IMG/VR virus record: IMGVR_UViG_3300032324_000072
Coordinates: 1 to 26,555 of that record
DNA: 26,555 nt
Reading direction: 5' to 3' (one strand)
From: a virus
Taxonomy: Duplodnaviria > Caudoviricetes
Shown one piece after another: positions 24,326 through 26,555 of the stretch. The notes below the pieces were generated by a model. It did no database searches. It was not told where the DNA came from and was given only the letters and a program-made list of their open reading frames with translations. The translations under genes were made by a program, and so were the position numbers. Numbering within the stretch: position 1 is the stretch's first letter; each line of letters begins with the position of its first letter.

Positions 24326-26154
24326 AACCCCCAACTCTCAAGCGACTTCTTGTCGCTACAGTCTGAATAGTTTTTACCTGCGCCTATCTCGCAAGCAAGC
24401 GGTAGTGTTTGCGCCCATTTAGGTCTCCAACTCATACACTCGGCAACGTATCTTATCGCATCATCATGTTCTTCTTCGTTAACAATTGCCATCACGGCAT
24501 CATGTACGGTCAATGCAACCTTGTATCTCTTTGATATACGGAGCATCTGTTCACCAATCACGCAACGTGCCAGTGCTTGACATACGTTCTCAACAACTTT
24601 ACCGCCGTATATTTTAATGCGCCCACGTCGGCTTGCGTAACTCCACTCCTCGTCTTTGTCTTGTCTTAAGTCGGGATAGTTGAGATATAGTCCACTTGGC
24701 AATAGAAAACCGCTATCCGTAAGTGAAAGTGCTTGCGGCTGGCACCCAACTTTCGCAGTTTTACGTTTGCTAAGGGCGGTAAGGGCACGATTAGCTTCTT
24801 TCCAGAGCCCAGGAATTCGTTCGTAGGTTTCACGGTAGACGTTAATAATCCTATACGCCTCCGCATCATCGATTTCCACCCCAAAAGTTTTGAGCTGTAA
24901 CGAGAACTTAGAAGAACCCATCCCGTAACCCGCCCCAAGGATGGTCGTCTTACCCACGAACCTTTCATCCGCTGATATTTCTTCTTCTCCCTTGTTGTAT
25001 ATAGAAGACGCCATGATTTTGTATACGTCCTGTTTATCATCAAATGCCTTTACTAAATCGTTCTGTCCTGATAACCACGCAACCGTACGAGCCTCAATCT
25101 GTGATGAGTCGGCATCGACTAACACGTAGCCCTTTGGTGCAACTATGGATTTTTTGAGTAAGCTTTTTCGTGGTAGGTTTTGAAGGTTAAGCTTATCATC
25201 ACCACCCCATCGTCCTGTGTGTGCCGCATAATATCGCAACGGTACGGGCATGACGCCCCTGAGAGATATGCCAATAAATCGTTCTGTTCTTGTTTCTTCA
25301 AGGGTAGACTTCGTACCCAAGCGTGCAGCGACAATCGCCTGAACTCTTTCGTCGTGGTGTTCCGCAAGCGCCTTAAAGCCTTCGTCATTCTTCGCAAAAG
25401 CATACGTTTCCTTTCCATTCGCAGGGCTTATTTTCATCGGTGGCTCAACACCCAAGCTCATTAGCAACTCGGCTAACTTAGGATTAGACATCAAGGTATC
25501 TTTGTCTGATATACAAGCATCAAGCAACTTCTCTTTTCTAGCTTTTACTTGCATCAAATGCTGTTCAAGAAGCAATGTATCTAATCGCAACATAGGGTTG
25601 TAGAACATAGAAAGAGTTAGGTCAATCAACTTAAGCTCAGACATTGAGAAACGGTCGACCATAATTTGAAATAACAAATATGTTATTGCTACGTCGTTCT
25701 TGCAATACTCACCATACTGTGCCAACTGTGCTTTAGGAAAGTCTATGCGGTGTAATCCTTTAGCATCACCAACTTCTGTGCCCTTTTTGCCTACGCCGTA
25801 GCGGTCGGCTAACTTAGCCAAACTGTTGCCAACTTCCAAGCCATCTGTTGCTCTAGCCATACATAGAGTATCTAGCCAGGCTTTCGGTCTAATGTCGAAT
25901 ATCCAAGAAAGGATTGCGGAATCAAACATAGCATTATGGGCTAATCCGAAACTGTTGTCCCAGTCAAACTGTTTTAACCATTGCTTTGTTTCTTCGTGTG
26001 TTCCTGTGAACCATTGTGGTTCTTCAGCATCGACCTGAACAGAAACACCAATAACTTCAAACTCATCCCCACGGATATACTCTTCCGTTGTCATCTTACT
26101 TAATGAGTAAGTGACGGAGTAATAAGTCTCGAAGTCTATTGTGAGAATGTTCAT
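24322..26154 (-). CDS. polA: Family A DNA polymerase with 3'-5' exonuclease domain
   Basis: Exo DFETY and HNAMFD; HTGRW, NLQNLP; motif A DSSQIEAR; motif B RFVGKTTILGAGYG; motif C VHDA. Confidence 0.95.
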   Translation of the reverse strand: MNILTIDFETYYSVTYSLSKMTTEEYIRGDEFEVIGVSVQVDAEEPQWFTGTHEETKQWLKQFDWDNSFGLAHNAMFDSAILSWIFDIRPKAWLDTLCMARATDGLEVGNSLAKLADRYGVGKKGTEVGDAKGLHRIDFPKAQLAQYGEYCKNDVAITYLLFQIMVDRFSMSELKLIDLTLSMFYNPMLRLDTLLLEQHLMQVKARKEKLLDACISDKDTLMSNPKLAELLMSLGVEPPMKISPANGKETYAFAKNDEGFKALAEHHDERVQAIVAARLGTKSTLEETRTERFIGISLRGVMPVPLRYYAAHTGRWGGDDKLNLQNLPRKSLLKKSIVAPKGYVLVDADSSQIEARTVAWLSGQNDLVKAFDDKQDVYKIMASSIYNKGEEEISADERFVGKTTILGAGYGMGSSKFSLQLKTFGVEIDDAEAYRIINVYRETYERIPGLWKEANRALTALSKRKTAKVGCQPQALSLTDSGFLLPSGLYLNYPDLRQDKDEEWSYASRRGRIKIYGGKVVENVCQALARCVIGEQMLRISKRYKVALTVHDAVMAIVNEEEHDDAIRYVAECMSWRPKWAQTLPLACEIGAGKNYSDCSDKKSLESWGL

Positions 26155-26537
26155 TTAATCTCGCCTATAAACGGCTCAAATGGGTATTTTTTTCTAATCC
26201 CTTCAGCAATTTTTTTTAGTTCTTCCAGTTGTTTTGTTGTTAACCCGTCTACTCGTGACATCTCACCCATGCGTGACATCCGTCCTGCGTTTTTAATTGT
26301 GTATGTGTCAGGGTCAATCTCTACTGGTGTAGGCTCATGCAATAGTTCTTGCATCACAACACGTGTGAGTTCTTCACGACGTATGTTAGTTAGAGCTCCG
26401 TTGATGAGGGCTCTCTCGCTAGTGTTGAAAAACTTTTCAAACTTATTGAGTACGTCAGACCATCTGCTATGCTCGCCATAAAATTCTTCAGGATGCGTTT
26501 GCATACGCTCAAGCAATATTTTTACGCCATCATTCAT
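26151..26537 (-). CDS. Hypothetical protein
   Basis: AAGGAG RBS; GVKILLERMQTHPEEF....RW; ATGA overlap with polA. Confidence 0.75.
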   Translation of the reverse strand: MNDGVKILLERMQTHPEEFYGEHSRWSDVLNKFEKFFNTSERALINGALTNIRREELTRVVMQELLHEPTPVEIDPDTYTIKNAGRMSRMGEMSRVDGLTTKQLEELKKIAEGIRKKYPFEPFIGEIK

Positions 26538-26555
26538 GCGTTCTCCTTCTTGGAA

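Larger units (their letters stand above)
1..26555. mobile_element. Tailed phage genome segment, podovirus-like: virion module (+) converging on replication module (-)
   Basis: Dense genes with many ATGA/TAATG overlaps; phage-type PolA, exonuclease, SNF2 helicase, primase, DUF3310, HNH and large internal virion proteins; no host housekeeping genes, integrase or att site seen in the window. Confidence 0.95.

Noticed and set aside
26254-26280. Direct repeat CGTGACATC twice, 18 nt apart
   Set aside because: Short in-frame duplication within a coding region with no further copies noticed
12365-26481. Plus-strand ORFs and nested minus-strand alternative-frame ORFs in the replication arm
   Set aside because: They lie antisense to or within well-supported genes and show no recognisable motifs
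1-26555. tRNA genes, introns, inteins, stop-codon reassignment
   Set aside because: No cloverleaf seen in the few spacers; polymerase, helicase and primase are uninterrupted; genes tile fully under the standard code using all three stops

Overview
The whole window looks like part of a tailed-phage genome, probably a podovirus (inferred from gene content and order; the host cannot be read from the sequence). It has two convergent arms. The + strand (1-11972) carries late virion genes: a 5'-truncated P22 gp10-like tail/stabilisation protein, a small tail protein, a Gly/Ala-rich internal protein, a GNAT-like protein, an 831-aa ejection-type protein and a 2141-aa polyvalent protein with zincin HExxH and PLxRFG motifs. 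The - strand (26537-12072) carries early/replication genes: family A DNA polymerase, Cas4-like exonuclease, many small ORFs, a glycosyltransferase and FkbM methyltransferase pair, PD-(D/E)XK and HNH nucleases, an SNF2 helicase, then a separately promoted operon (133-aa protein, DUF3310, SSB-like protein, Cro-like HTH, AEP primase-DUF927 helicase). The most striking signal is non-coding. A putative ~89-nt RNA at the end of the replication operon (12059-11971, -) has a candidate promoter, three hairpins and a terminator, and is complementary over ~24 nt to the Shine-Dalgarno and first five codons of that operon's first gene 5 kb away. Also notable are a structured leader before the primase whose loop can pair next to the primase RBS, and paired xxxGG motifs shared by two internal virion proteins. 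All product calls come from motif recognition by eye; no searches or folding programs were run.
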